Shown here one piece after another: positions 8,498-18,068 of a stretch of DNA of 64,000 nucleotides (within the stretch, counting starts at the first letter, position 1; each line of letters starts with the position of its first letter). Below the pieces are notes generated by a model. The model saw only the letters and a program-made list of their open reading frames with translations, did no database searches and was not told where the DNA came from. Source of the DNA: Myxococcota bacterium (GTDB lineage Bacteria; Myxococcota_A; UBA796; UBA2385); the NCBI GenBank assembly GCA_044344255.1, contig JBIJDH010000020.1, positions 85,758 to 149,757 of the forward strand, given 5' to 3'. Both the position numbers and the translations under genes were made by a program.

Positions 8498-11400
8498 ATG
8501 CCCACCTGCGGGAGGTGTGGTGTGGCGGAAGGAAGCGAAAACTCGACCGAGCGGCTGAAGCGGAAGGGCAAGAAGGTCCTCGCCTGGACCCTCGGATCCA
8601 TGGGCCTGCTGGCCCTGCTCTGCGCCTCCCGCGTCACGTGCCTGTCCTCCTGGGCCCTCTACGGGGTGCGGATCCCCGAGTGCCCCTCCGGGGACCTTCG
8701 ACAGACCGCCGAGCTCGAAGCCTCCTCCCTCCGCCGGAACAGCGTCGGCTACGTCACGCTCCGCGCGTCGGCCCACTACACCACGGGCCAGGCAGACCAG
8801 GACCAGTCCGCCTATGTGCACCGCCTCGACGGGGAGCTCTCGCTGGTCGATGCGAGCGGCAAGGTCACCCCCCTCGAGCCCGAGGACGGCTGGGACGAGG
8901 ACGGTGTCACCCTCTCCGCGCAGATCAAGCTCCCCGAGGTGCCGGACGGCGACTACACGCTCCGCGGCGTCGTCTCCACCCCGATCGGCGAGAGCACGGT
9001 AGAGGCGCCCCTCCCCATCTACGCCCCCGCCCGGGTGCATGTCATCACCGACCGGCCCCTCTACGAGCCGGGCAACAGCATGGCCTTTCGTGCCGTCGTG
9101 CTGCGCGCGGCCGACCTCGCCCCCCTCGATGGGCGCCCCGGCAAGTGGATCGTGAAGGATCCTTCAGGCGAGGTGCTGCTCGAAGAGAAGGCCCCCGCCG
9201 GCGAGTGGGGCGTGGTCTCGGGCTCCTTCCCGATTGACCGCGAAGCCACGAGCGGCCCCTGGACGGTGAGCTGGGTCTCCGGAGATGCCTCGGCCGACGC
9301 CGTCGTCACCGTCGAGCCCTTCACCCTGCCGCGCTTCCGCGTCGAGGTCACCCCCAACCAGGGCTGGTATCGGCCGGGAGACCGCCCGGTCGTCACGGGG
9401 CGGGTGGTCTACAGCTCGGGCGCGCCGGTGGCCGGGGCCGCGGTGGAGCTCAATTGGAGCGTGTCCGGCGACTGGCCGCCCCCCACCGACTGGCTGGAGG
9501 GCGCGCTCCCGAAGGAGGCCATCACCGACAACGACGGGCGCTTCGTCCTCACGCTGCCTCAGATCCCCGCTGACCTCCAGGGCCGAAGCACCCTCTCCGC
9601 CAGCGTCGCCGCCACCGACCCCGCCGGAGACCGTGTGGGCGGCGGTCTGTCCCTGCTGCTGAGCGAAGATCCGCTCCAGGTCACGGCCGTCACCGAGCTC
9701 GGGGACGGGCTCGTCGAGGGCTTCAACAACCGCATGTACCTCCGGGCGACCACCCCCACGGGAGACCCCCTCGTCGGCACGACGCTGCGGCTCCGCCCCT
9801 CCTATGACCCCACCGCCAAGCCCCGCGAGGCCAAGACCGACGAGGACGGCGTCGCGGCCTTCCAGGTCGACCCCGGGCCCGCGATCAACGTGGTCATCCC
9901 CGCCAAACCCTATCGGCCCCCGGCCCGCGAGCCCGGGGTCAGTCGTTCGAACACCCAGGCCCTCCTCGGCAATGGGGAGGATGAGCTGCCGCTGGCCGAC
10001 CAGCTCGCCCTCGACCGCCTCGTGGGGGGACTCCAGGACTGCGCACGTTTCGTGAGCGGCAGCGAGAACGCCCATGTGGCGCTGGTCATCGAGGCCTCGG
10101 GCGCCATCCGCGACGCCGTGGCCCTCGGTCGGCCGGGTGAGTGTCTCGCCGCTGGCCTCCGCGGCCGCTCCCTGTCGGCGACCGGCACCACCCGGGTCTA
10201 CTCGGTCGATTATTCTATCACCGACCAGGACCTGCCGAAGGTCAGCTACAGCCAGGACGAGGCCACCGGCTCGAACGGAGAGGTCTCTGAGCTGCTCAAT
10301 CTCGCCGTGCTCGACGCCCGGAGCTGCCTCCCGGCCGACCTCTCCGACACCGACCTCGGTCAGGCCCTGCTCTGGCGGGTGCGCGCCGGCAGCACGGTGA
10401 TCGAGCCGAGCTGGGCCTCCAACGGCGAGGGCACCGCCCTCCGCCCGGACACCGTGGCCTGCTTGAAGGAGCGGCTGCCCCCCCGCCGCCTCCCCGAGCC
10501 GGCCGACGAAGATGCCCTCGCGGTCGTCACCTTCGCGGTCTCCCCCTCTCCCCGGGCCAGCGCCGAGCGCCCGCAGCCCACCACTCTGCTCGGCTACAGC
10601 TTCCGCGTGTCGGCGGGAGAGGGCGACGAGAAGATCGGTGAGACCACCCTCGTCCAGCGGCCGGGCACGGTGCCGAACCTCCGGATCCGCGCCACCCCGG
10701 TGCTCGCCAAGGCCGGAGACGCGGTGGAGATCGAGCTCCTCCGCGGGCCCGACTTCAACAGCGAGCTCCCCGAGAAGCTCCAGATGACGAGCCCCAAATT
10801 CAAGGCCCTCGAGGTCGAGCTGGACAAGGAGACCCGAAAGACCACCTTCACCCTCCCGCCCGACGCCGAGGGCTGGTTCCAGGTGAGCGTGATGGGGGCC
10901 CTCGCGCGGGTCTTCGTGGCGCCGAAGTCGCAGCTCCAGCTCGAGCTCTCCTCCGACAAGCGGGTCTATGCCCCCGGAGAGACCGCCACCCTCGGCCTGC
11001 TCACCACCGAGGGCGGACAGGGTGTACAGGCGGCGGTCACCCTGATCGGCGTCGATCAGAGCCTCGGTCAGCTCGCCCCCCTGCCCGGCGCCGACCACAT
11101 GGGCGGGCTCCGCCCCAAGGTCACCACAAACCAAGCGGCCTTCGACATCCTCGACGGCGAGGCCCTCTCGCTCGGGCGCGTGCGGGGAGCGAACGCCGCC
11201 GCCGCCGTGGTCTTGCGCGTGAGCGACGTCCCCCAACCCGAAGACCTCGACCGCTACACGAGCGCCAGCGGGCGGGGCCGCTTCGACGCCGTGGCCGACC
11301 TCACCGACCACTTCTACACCGTGCTCGGTGAGCTCCACAACGCGGTGCGGGCCTGGGAGAAGGCCGCGGGCAAGGATGAGAAGATGAAGCCGGAGAAGAT

Positions 11401-11605
11401 GGCCGAGCTCTGGGAGACGGCCCTCGAGGCCGCCGCCGGCAAGAAGCAGCCCGTGACCGACGCCTACGGCCGCCGCATCCGCCTCTCCCAGCTCCCGCCC
11501 GACCTCCTCGCCCTCACCGACCCGCGCGCCGTCGTCATCGACGGCACCCACCTCCCTGAAGACATCGAGAACTGGTCCGCCTGGGTCGCCCGGGAGCAGC
11601 CATGA
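8498..11605 (+). CDS. Alpha-2-macroglobulin-like protein, N-terminal (MG-domain) chain
   Basis: HVITDRPLYEPG, EPFTLPRFRVEV, LSSDKRVYAPGETATL and VTLIGVDQSL are MG2/A2M_N motifs; N-terminal TM segment; ends before the FPET motif. Confidence 0.8.
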   Translation: MPTCGRCGVAEGSENSTERLKRKGKKVLAWTLGSMGLLALLCASRVTCLSSWALYGVRIPECPSGDLRQTAELEASSLRRNSVGYVTLRASAHYTTGQADQDQSAYVHRLDGELSLVDASGKVTPLEPEDGWDEDGVTLSAQIKLPEVPDGDYTLRGVVSTPIGESTVEAPLPIYAPARVHVITDRPLYEPGNSMAFRAVVLRAADLAPLDGRPGKWIVKDPSGEVLLEEKAPAGEWGVVSGSFPIDREATSGPWTVSWVSGDASADAVVTVEPFTLPRFRVEVTPNQGWYRPGDRPVVTGRVVYSSGAPVAGAAVELNWSVSGDWPPPTDWLEGALPKEAITDNDGRFVLTLPQIPADLQGRSTLSASVAATDPAGDRVGGGLSLLLSEDPLQVTAVTELGDGLVEGFNNRMYLRATTPTGDPLVGTTLRLRPSYDPTAKPREAKTDEDGVAAFQVDPGPAINVVIPAKPYRPPAREPGVSRSNTQALLGNGEDELPLADQLALDRLVGGLQDCARFVSGSENAHVALVIEASGAIRDAVALGRPGECLAAGLRGRSLSATGTTRVYSVDYSITDQDLPKVSYSQDEATGSNGEVSELLNLAVLDARSCLPADLSDTDLGQALLWRVRAGSTVIEPSWASNGEGTALRPDTVACLKERLPPRRLPEPADEDALAVVTFAVSPSPRASAERPQPTTLLGYSFRVSAGEGDEKIGETTLVQRPGTVPNLRIRATPVLAKAGDAVEIELLRGPDFNSELPEKLQMTSPKFKALEVELDKETRKTTFTLPPDAEGWFQVSVMGALARVFVAPKSQLQLELSSDKRVYAPGETATLGLLTTEGGQGVQAAVTLIGVDQSLGQLAPLPGADHMGGLRPKVTTNQAAFDILDGEALSLGRVRGANAAAAVVLRVSDVPQPEDLDRYTSASGRGRFDAVADLTDHFYTVLGELHNAVRAWEKAAGKDEKMKPEKMAELWETALEAAAGKKQPVTDAYGRRIRLSQLPPDLLALTDPRAVVIDGTHLPEDIENWSAWVAREQP

Positions 11606-13986
11606 GCCTCACCGCCCCCCGCGCCCTCCTCCCCCTCGGCCTCTCTGCGGTCGCCCTCGCGGGCTGCGCCGACCGTGAAGCGTCGAAGTCGGCCCCCCCC
11701 GCGCCGATGGAGGAGAGCGTCGAGCAGGACCTCCGCGCGATCGGCTACGACGGCGCTGGCATCGCCACCGGCGGCGCCGCGGCCCCCGCCTCCGCCGCGC
11801 CGATGGCCAAGAAAGAGGTTGGCCGGGTCGGCCGAAAGATGAAGGCCGACAAGCCCGCCGACGAGGCCCCGATGGCGGAGGCAGCGCCGAGCGAGGCCGA
11901 CTCCGAGGGCGGCGAGGCGGCGCCCTCCCGCTCCTGGTTCCCCGAGACCTTCCTCTTCCAGCCCCGGGTGGTGACCGACCGCGACGGCCGGGCCTCCGTC
12001 CCCGTGCGCATCCCCGACCGGCTCACCACCTGGCGCGTCCTCGGCCTCGCCTGGTCCCGACAGGGCGGTCAGTCCGGCGACACCACCGAGCTGCTCGGCA
12101 CCCTGCCCGTCTATGTAGACCCTGTCCTCCCCGCCTTCCTCAAGGCCGGTGACCGCCTGCGCCTGCCCATCCAGGTCGTCAACACCACCGACGGCCCCCT
12201 CACCGTGCCCCTGCGGGTCAACGCCGGCGGCGCCGCGCACCTCGCGAGCGCTGGCACCGTCTCTCTCCCCGCCGGGGGGAGCCGCGTCTCCTATGTCGAG
12301 CTCTACGCCGAGCAGGCCGGCACCGTCTCCCTCGAGGCCTCTATCGGCAGCAAGGACGCCGTCGTGCGCACCTTCCCCGTCGAGCCCGTCGGCCGCAAGC
12401 TCGAGCAGACCCGCGGCGGCACCCTCGCCGCCCCCCGACAGGTCGAGCTCATCGGCGCGAGTGACCTGGACCCCGCCAGCGCCCGCGTGCGCCTCCTCGT
12501 CTATCCGGGCGCCAAGGCCATCCTCCAGAGCGAGCTCGCCACGGCGTTGGACCGCGGTGGGGTCGCCTCGACAGGCTATTCGCTGCTCCTATCGGGACAG
12601 GGCGCCGCCCTACTGCAGTCCCTCGGCGTCCCCGTCTCCGCCACCGGCGCCGACGATGACGCCCGCGCCGCCGCTTCCGCCCTCCACGACATGGGCCTCC
12701 TCGCCGGCCAGCGGGCCGTCCGCTTCGGCCGCGCGCCGGACACCGCCAGCGCCGCCCTCCTCGCCGAGGGCTGCCTCGCCCACCCCGAGAGCCCCGTCAT
12801 CGCGCGCCTGGGCGAGCGACTCCTCGGCCAGCTCGTCGCAGGGCAGCGCCCCGACGGCACCTTCGGCGGGGACAGCAGCGGCGCCTGGACGCTCCAGCGC
12901 CTCCTCCTCGCCACCGCAGACGCCGCCGCCACCGTCCGCCGCGCCGCCCAGTCGCCGACCGGGGACAGAGACCTCGACGCCAAACGAAAGCGCGACGCCG
13001 CCGCCGTCTCCCTCCGCGCCGGCGGCGCCTTCGAGCGCTACGCCGCCCAGGTCACCGACCCCTACACCGCCGCCGCCATCCTCCGCTCCGGCGCCATCTC
13101 CGGCGACCTCGCCGCCACGCTCCTCGAGCGGGTCGAGTCCGGCCTCGTCGAGAACCTCGACGGCTCCCGGTCCCTCCCCGTCCCCGAGGGCGTCGTCCGC
13201 GCCGACGGTGCGGTCCCCTCCGGCGTCGAGGCCACCGCGATGGCCGTCCTCGCCCTCGAGGGCCGCGGAAAGGACGACACGGTCGCCGATCTCGGCGCCT
13301 CCCTCCTCGGCGCCTGGCGCCCCGGCCGCGGCTGGAGCGACGGCCGGACAGACCTCCTCGCGCTGCAGGCCGTGCTCGCCCTCTTCAAAGACCCCATGCC
13401 GAACACGGTGACCGTCACCCTCTCGATGGACGGCGCCCCGGTCGGAAAGAAGGTGCTGGGCCTCGCCGAGCTCGATGAGGTCTCCCTCCTCGACCTCCCC
13501 GCCACCGCCGCCCGCGGCCTCCACACCTGGACCGTCTCCGCCGAGCCCGCCGTCCCCGGCCTCGGCTTCGCCCTCACCCTCGAGAGCTGGGTGCCCTTCG
13601 TCGCCACCCCCCAGAACGGCCTCGAGCTCCAGGTCACCACCGGAGAGGCGCCGGCGGTCGGTCGAAAGGTGCCCGTGATGGTGCAGGCCGCCGCACCCGC
13701 CGGGATGGCCCTCGTCTATCGACAGGAGCTCCCGGCTGGCGTCGTCCCCGATATGGACAGCCTCCAGGCTCTCGTGACGAGCGGCACGATCTCGAAATTC
13801 GACACCGAGGACGGCGCCCTGTCCTTCAACATCCCCGCCCTGTCACCCGGGCAGGTCTTCTCCGCCGGCTATGCGCTCGTACCCACCCTCGCAGGCACGC
13901 TCCACAGCGGGCCCGCCTCGCTCAGCCCCGCGGCGGACCTCGACGTGGCCGCGCTCTCTGTGCCGGGGGTGTGGACGGTGCGGTGA
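11602..13986 (+). CDS. Alpha-2-macroglobulin-like lipoprotein, C-terminal chain, copy 1 (no CxEQ thioester)
   Basis: Lipobox LAGC; RSWFPETFLFQPRVVTD...IPDRLTTWR; LPAFLKAGD; QRPDGTF helical domain; ATGA overlap with the upstream gene. Confidence 0.85.
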   Translation: MSLTAPRALLPLGLSAVALAGCADREASKSAPPAPMEESVEQDLRAIGYDGAGIATGGAAAPASAAPMAKKEVGRVGRKMKADKPADEAPMAEAAPSEADSEGGEAAPSRSWFPETFLFQPRVVTDRDGRASVPVRIPDRLTTWRVLGLAWSRQGGQSGDTTELLGTLPVYVDPVLPAFLKAGDRLRLPIQVVNTTDGPLTVPLRVNAGGAAHLASAGTVSLPAGGSRVSYVELYAEQAGTVSLEASIGSKDAVVRTFPVEPVGRKLEQTRGGTLAAPRQVELIGASDLDPASARVRLLVYPGAKAILQSELATALDRGGVASTGYSLLLSGQGAALLQSLGVPVSATGADDDARAAASALHDMGLLAGQRAVRFGRAPDTASAALLAEGCLAHPESPVIARLGERLLGQLVAGQRPDGTFGGDSSGAWTLQRLLLATADAAATVRRAAQSPTGDRDLDAKRKRDAAAVSLRAGGAFERYAAQVTDPYTAAAILRSGAISGDLAATLLERVESGLVENLDGSRSLPVPEGVVRADGAVPSGVEATAMAVLALEGRGKDDTVADLGASLLGAWRPGRGWSDGRTDLLALQAVLALFKDPMPNTVTVTLSMDGAPVGKKVLGLAELDEVSLLDLPATAARGLHTWTVSAEPAVPGLGFALTLESWVPFVATPQNGLELQVTTGEAPAVGRKVPVMVQAAAPAGMALVYRQELPAGVVPDMDSLQALVTSGTISKFDTEDGALSFNIPALSPGQVFSAGYALVPTLAGTLHSGPASLSPAADLDVAALSVPGVWTVR
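11896..13986 (+). repeat. ~2.1-kb direct repeat, copy 1 (copy 2 at 36716-38806)
   Basis: Near-identical nucleotide sequence at a constant offset of 24,820 bp; no indels seen. Confidence 0.97.
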
Positions 13987-14115
13987 GTCGACAAGCTGCG
14001 CAGGGTCATGGAGACGGGCGAAGGCCAACCAGAGAGCGCCTCCGCCATCGGGTTCGCGACTATTGCTCCGGTGAGCAGGCTGCCCCGAAGGACGCGGCCT
14101 GCCGAGGGCCCGACC

Positions 14116-16095
14116 ATGCTCCGCTTCCATCGTCTGCTGCATGTCCCATCCCGTGCGCCCTTCGTTGGGGCAACACTGCTGCTGTTCGGCTGCTTCGCGG
14201 AGCGCAGCAAGTGGAGCCCCGCGTGGGAGGGGTTCGAGGCTCAGCACCAGGAGACCCTGTACGTCGGGCACGCGCTCACCGCCGGGGCGCCGATCGTGGA
14301 CAAGGACGGCTCGGCGTACGTGACCGTCGCCCCCGAAGCCCGGTGTAAGGAGGCGAAGTACGGCCAGCGGATGCGGGTCGACCACCGGGCAAAGACCCCC
14401 GGCCAGGTGATCGCGTTGAACGCCACGATCGCAGGAACAATTATCGGAGCCGGGACGGCCATCTACGGAGCGACCCAGACCGACGTCGAGCTCGCCATCA
14501 TCGGCGGCAGCGTATGGGCTGTCGCGCTGCCGCTCCCCCTAATCTTCGACGGGGCGAAGGCCAGGGTACGCGTCCAGCCCCAGCTGACCCGAAGGGTGCC
14601 CATTCAAGACATGTCGACATGGGCGACCGACAAGTCCAGCCCCTGCGCCGACGAGATCGCTGTGCCGACCCTCTCGCCCCGAGCCGGTCTCGTGGTGGGG
14701 CTGCCCGATGCGGCCGCGAAGCTCGGCGGCGCCGTGCCCGTCTCCTGGGAGGCTCCCGGTACGGTGAAGCTCTCCGGCGAAGGCATGCGGCCGCTGAAGT
14801 CCTGGACCCATGAGTGCGCCCTCGAGGAAGAGGTCACCCTCTGGATCGGCCTGGGCGGACTGCCGGCGGGGATCGACCGCTCGTCAACGCCGCCGGACCT
14901 CACCTGGGTGAACGAGCACCGGGGGTCTCCATCCGCGGCGCAGTCCGGGGCGGCGACGGTGAAGCTCAACTTCGGGCCACCGACACGGGGAGAATTGGTG
15001 GGGGACGGGCCGCTGATGGACGCCGCTGATCGAGCCGCCTATGGGGCCCGCGCGGCCATCGCGAGGGCGGACCGAGCGGAACAAGAGCGTCAGGCGCTCG
15101 CCGCCGAGAAAGCCCAGCGGGAACAGCTGCAGGCGGAGCAGGAGGCCGAGGAGCGGCGCGCCCAACAGGTGGCGCAGCTCCAATGGGAAGCCGAGCAGCG
15201 GGAGGCCGCCGAGCGGGCGGAGCTCCGTCGGCAGGCCAACGTGAACGCGCTCATCACCGGCCTTCAGACCTTCACAGAGGAGGTGGGTGAGGTCGCGCGG
15301 ACGAATGACGAGAAGCTGCGCCAGCTCCAGGACGACGCGCGGGCCCAACAAGCCTCCAAGCAGGCGGCGCAAGACCGCGCCGCGATCGAGCGGGCGTAGG
15401 CCGACCAATCGGCCGCCACAGAGAGGATCATGGCCCAGGAAGCGCGGGCGGCACGCCTTCAAGAGGAGGCGCAAGCTCGACGCGCGCGAGCGGAGCTCCC
15501 GCCCACGATGAAGCCGTCGGGCCCCCAGCCCACACCAAGCAGCGATGGAAACACAGCCTCAAACCAACCAGCAGGACTCACCGTGTCCATCGTACGGGGC
15601 TCCACGCCTGAAGATCAACGAACGCGCGCCGCGGAGGCCGCCGCCCGCGCCGCAGCGCGGGCCCGGGCCGACGCGGAGGCCCAGGCGACTCGGGCCGCCA
15701 TCCCGACCGGCGCCGCCATCTGGGGCGTCCGTGCTCCCGCCGCCACCGCCCCGAGCGCAGCCTCCCCACCCACGCCTCGCGCGGGCTGCGGGGGTCCAGC
15801 CGACGAGCGGCGGGCTCCCTTGCCGAGCTGTGTTCGCGTCCTGTCCCAAGTCGCTGGTGAGGCCTGCGGCCAAAGGACGAGCCTCGCGGTGAGAGTGGTC
15901 AATCAGTGCGACCAACGCATCGTGGCCGAGATCTGCTTCCCTCGTGCCAATGGCACGCCGTCCTGCGGGATGCGCGGAATGTTGCCCGACGCGACGTGGT
16001 CCACCGACCTCTGCGCCGACTCGGATGGCACCTGGACCTACCGAGCGGCCTTCTCCGCCGAGGGTAAGCGGGACTGGGTGTGTTTCTACGAGTGA
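14116..16095 (+). pseudogene. Putative lipoprotein with coiled coil and Cys-rich C-terminal domain, interrupted by one in-frame TAG (15397-15399)
   Basis: Lipobox LFGC. ORFs 14008-15399 and 15430-16095 are in the same frame and the Ala/Glu/Gln/Arg coiled coil continues across the stop (IERA*ADQSAATERIMAQEARAARLQEE). Confidence 0.65.
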
Positions 16096-16134
16096 GCGCA
16101 GCTCTATGAAAGGCGGCATCCGCCCCGACCAGGG

Positions 16135-16169
16135 CCCTCACCCTGTCCCTCCCCCACGAGGGGAGGGGG
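16135..16169. repeat. REP-like palindromic element (CCCTCACCC-N-CCCTCCCC...GGGGAGGG type)
   Basis: ccctcaccctgtccctcccccacgaggggaggggg; single copy in this window. Confidence 0.5.
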
Positions 16170-16349
16170 CCGGGAAGGGCGTGGAAGCGGGCCCTCGGCC
16201 AGAGCGGGGCGAGGAGGAGGCGCTGCACTTCGTGGAGGGGCGCTTCAGCGTCGATCTGCACGGGAAGCGGGCGCTGTCGCTGGCCCACGGAACGCGGGGC
16301 CAGTACACTGGGTCCGGGGAAACCGGTTCGAGCCCAGCCAGGCGCACTC

Positions 16350-18041
16350 TTGATGGTCGATTCACCGAAGACCCCGCCGCCTGAGCACCCCCTCCCCTGG
16401 GGTGGGCGCCTGCTCGTCGACCGAGGCCCCGTCGCCCTGGTCGCCCTGCTGGTGGGCCTCCTGAACGGTCGGGCGGTCCTCCAGACCGGCGCCCTGCCCG
16501 GCTCCGCCGACATCCCCGTCGATGGTGCCCATGGGCTCTTCCTCTTCCAGGTGGTGGCGAACCGGCTCCGTGGGGAGGGGCCCCTCGGCCGGCTCGTCGA
16601 GGTCTGGCACCCCGTCGGCCGTCCCCTGGGCCTCGCCATCCAGAACGCAGTGGACGCTTCGCTCTCTGCCCCCCTGCTGTGGATCTTCGGCCCGGCCCGC
16701 GGCCTCTCGCTCTTCACCGCGCTGATGATGGCCAGCAATGCGCTGGCCGGGGGGTGGCTCGGTCGCCTGGTCGGGGGCAGCCCGGCCGCGGCCTTCGCCG
16801 GTGCTGTGACCCTCGGATTCTGCCCCTTCGCCTGGGATGAGGTGGAGTTCGGACGCACGACCCAGGCCTGGCTCGCCCCGATGGCCCTGGCGCTTGGGTA
16901 CGCCTGGAAGTGCGCTGAACCACAGGGGCTCCCCTCCCGATCTCGGTCCGGCGTGGCGGCGGGCCTCGCCCTCGCCCTCTCGGGCTACGCCTACTGGTTC
17001 TACGGGCTCTTTGTGGCCCCCCTGGTGCTCGCCGTGGTGCTCGGTCGGTCGGGGCTCCGGGAGGGCGGCGCGCGGTTGCTCCCCCTGGTGGGCACCGCAG
17101 CCGCCTGTGTCCTCCCCTTTGTCGCCTGGGTCAGCCTGGCCTGGAGCGAGGTGCCGGGCTCGGGCGAGGCGGCGGGGCGCTTCGCGGTGGGGGCCGAATA
17201 CCTCGCGGGGCTCCCTTGGTCCGCCTCCCGGGCCTCGGTCTATGTGCCCCATGGGCTGTGGATCCTGGCGCTGCTCGCCCTCCGAGTCCGACCGCGTCGG
17301 GCGGCGGTCGTCCTGTCTCTGGCCACGCTGTGCCTCGCGATCTTCTCCCTCGGTCGGTCCATCGAGCTCGCGGGCTACCGCTTCTGGCTGCCCTATGCTT
17401 GGCTCCAAGAGCTCCCCGGCCTGCGCCGCTTCTGGTGGCCAAACCGGGCCATCGCTGCGGTCACCGTGGGTCTCCTGCCGCTCGTGGCGTTACAACTTGG
17501 ACGCCTGCGCGGGAGGTATCTGGCCATCGGCGTCCTCGGACTGCTGATATCTGTGGCTCAGTGCATCCGAGCCCCAGGCCTGCCCGGTATCTGGACAGCT
17601 CCGGCGGCGGGGAGCTGGACGGCGGCGCTCCCTGAAGGGGCCGTGCTGGTGCTCCCCATGACCCAGCCCGAGGCCGGCAAACGCGCGCTGGCGATGCAAC
17701 CCTCGCATGGACGGTCGCTGGTGAACGGCATGAGCATGTGGGAGCGCTACCTCTGGCCTGCCGAGTGGACGGCCTGGCTGGCTGGTCAGCCCCTGGTGGA
17801 GGCCATCCTCGCGGTGGAGCATGGGAAGGACGGTGTGGCCACGACGGATGGGGTGCGACGCCTCGCAGGGGCGGGTGTGGTGGGCATCGTGGTGGAGTCG
17901 GCGTGGATTCAGAGCCGCGTGCCGGGCTGGGATCCAACGGCGCTGCCGCGGCTCCTGAACCCGGTGCTCGGGGAGCCCCGCTGCCCGGCGGGGGAGCCGC
18001 AGTGCTGGTGGGCGTTGCCGGCGGGGGCGGGTGGCCGCTGA
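16350..18041 (+). CDS. Polytopic membrane protein, GT-C/YfhO-like
   Basis: About 10-12 TM segments; VWHPVG loop; LPGLRRFWWPNR; C-terminal soluble domain AVLVLP...QPSHGRSLVNG. Confidence 0.65.
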   Translation: MMVDSPKTPPPEHPLPWGGRLLVDRGPVALVALLVGLLNGRAVLQTGALPGSADIPVDGAHGLFLFQVVANRLRGEGPLGRLVEVWHPVGRPLGLAIQNAVDASLSAPLLWIFGPARGLSLFTALMMASNALAGGWLGRLVGGSPAAAFAGAVTLGFCPFAWDEVEFGRTTQAWLAPMALALGYAWKCAEPQGLPSRSRSGVAAGLALALSGYAYWFYGLFVAPLVLAVVLGRSGLREGGARLLPLVGTAAACVLPFVAWVSLAWSEVPGSGEAAGRFAVGAEYLAGLPWSASRASVYVPHGLWILALLALRVRPRRAAVVLSLATLCLAIFSLGRSIELAGYRFWLPYAWLQELPGLRRFWWPNRAIAAVTVGLLPLVALQLGRLRGRYLAIGVLGLLISVAQCIRAPGLPGIWTAPAAGSWTAALPEGAVLVLPMTQPEAGKRALAMQPSHGRSLVNGMSMWERYLWPAEWTAWLAGQPLVEAILAVEHGKDGVATTDGVRRLAGAGVVGIVVESAWIQSRVPGWDPTALPRLLNPVLGEPRCPAGEPQCWWALPAGAGGR

Positions 18042-18068
18042 GAGACGGTGCGCGAGCTCGGTCGCGGC

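Noticed and set aside
15397..15399. Pyrrolysine or genome-wide TAG recoding
   Set aside because: TAG is a normal stop for other genes here (e.g. 21599, 24156, 25011) and no pyl genes are visible.
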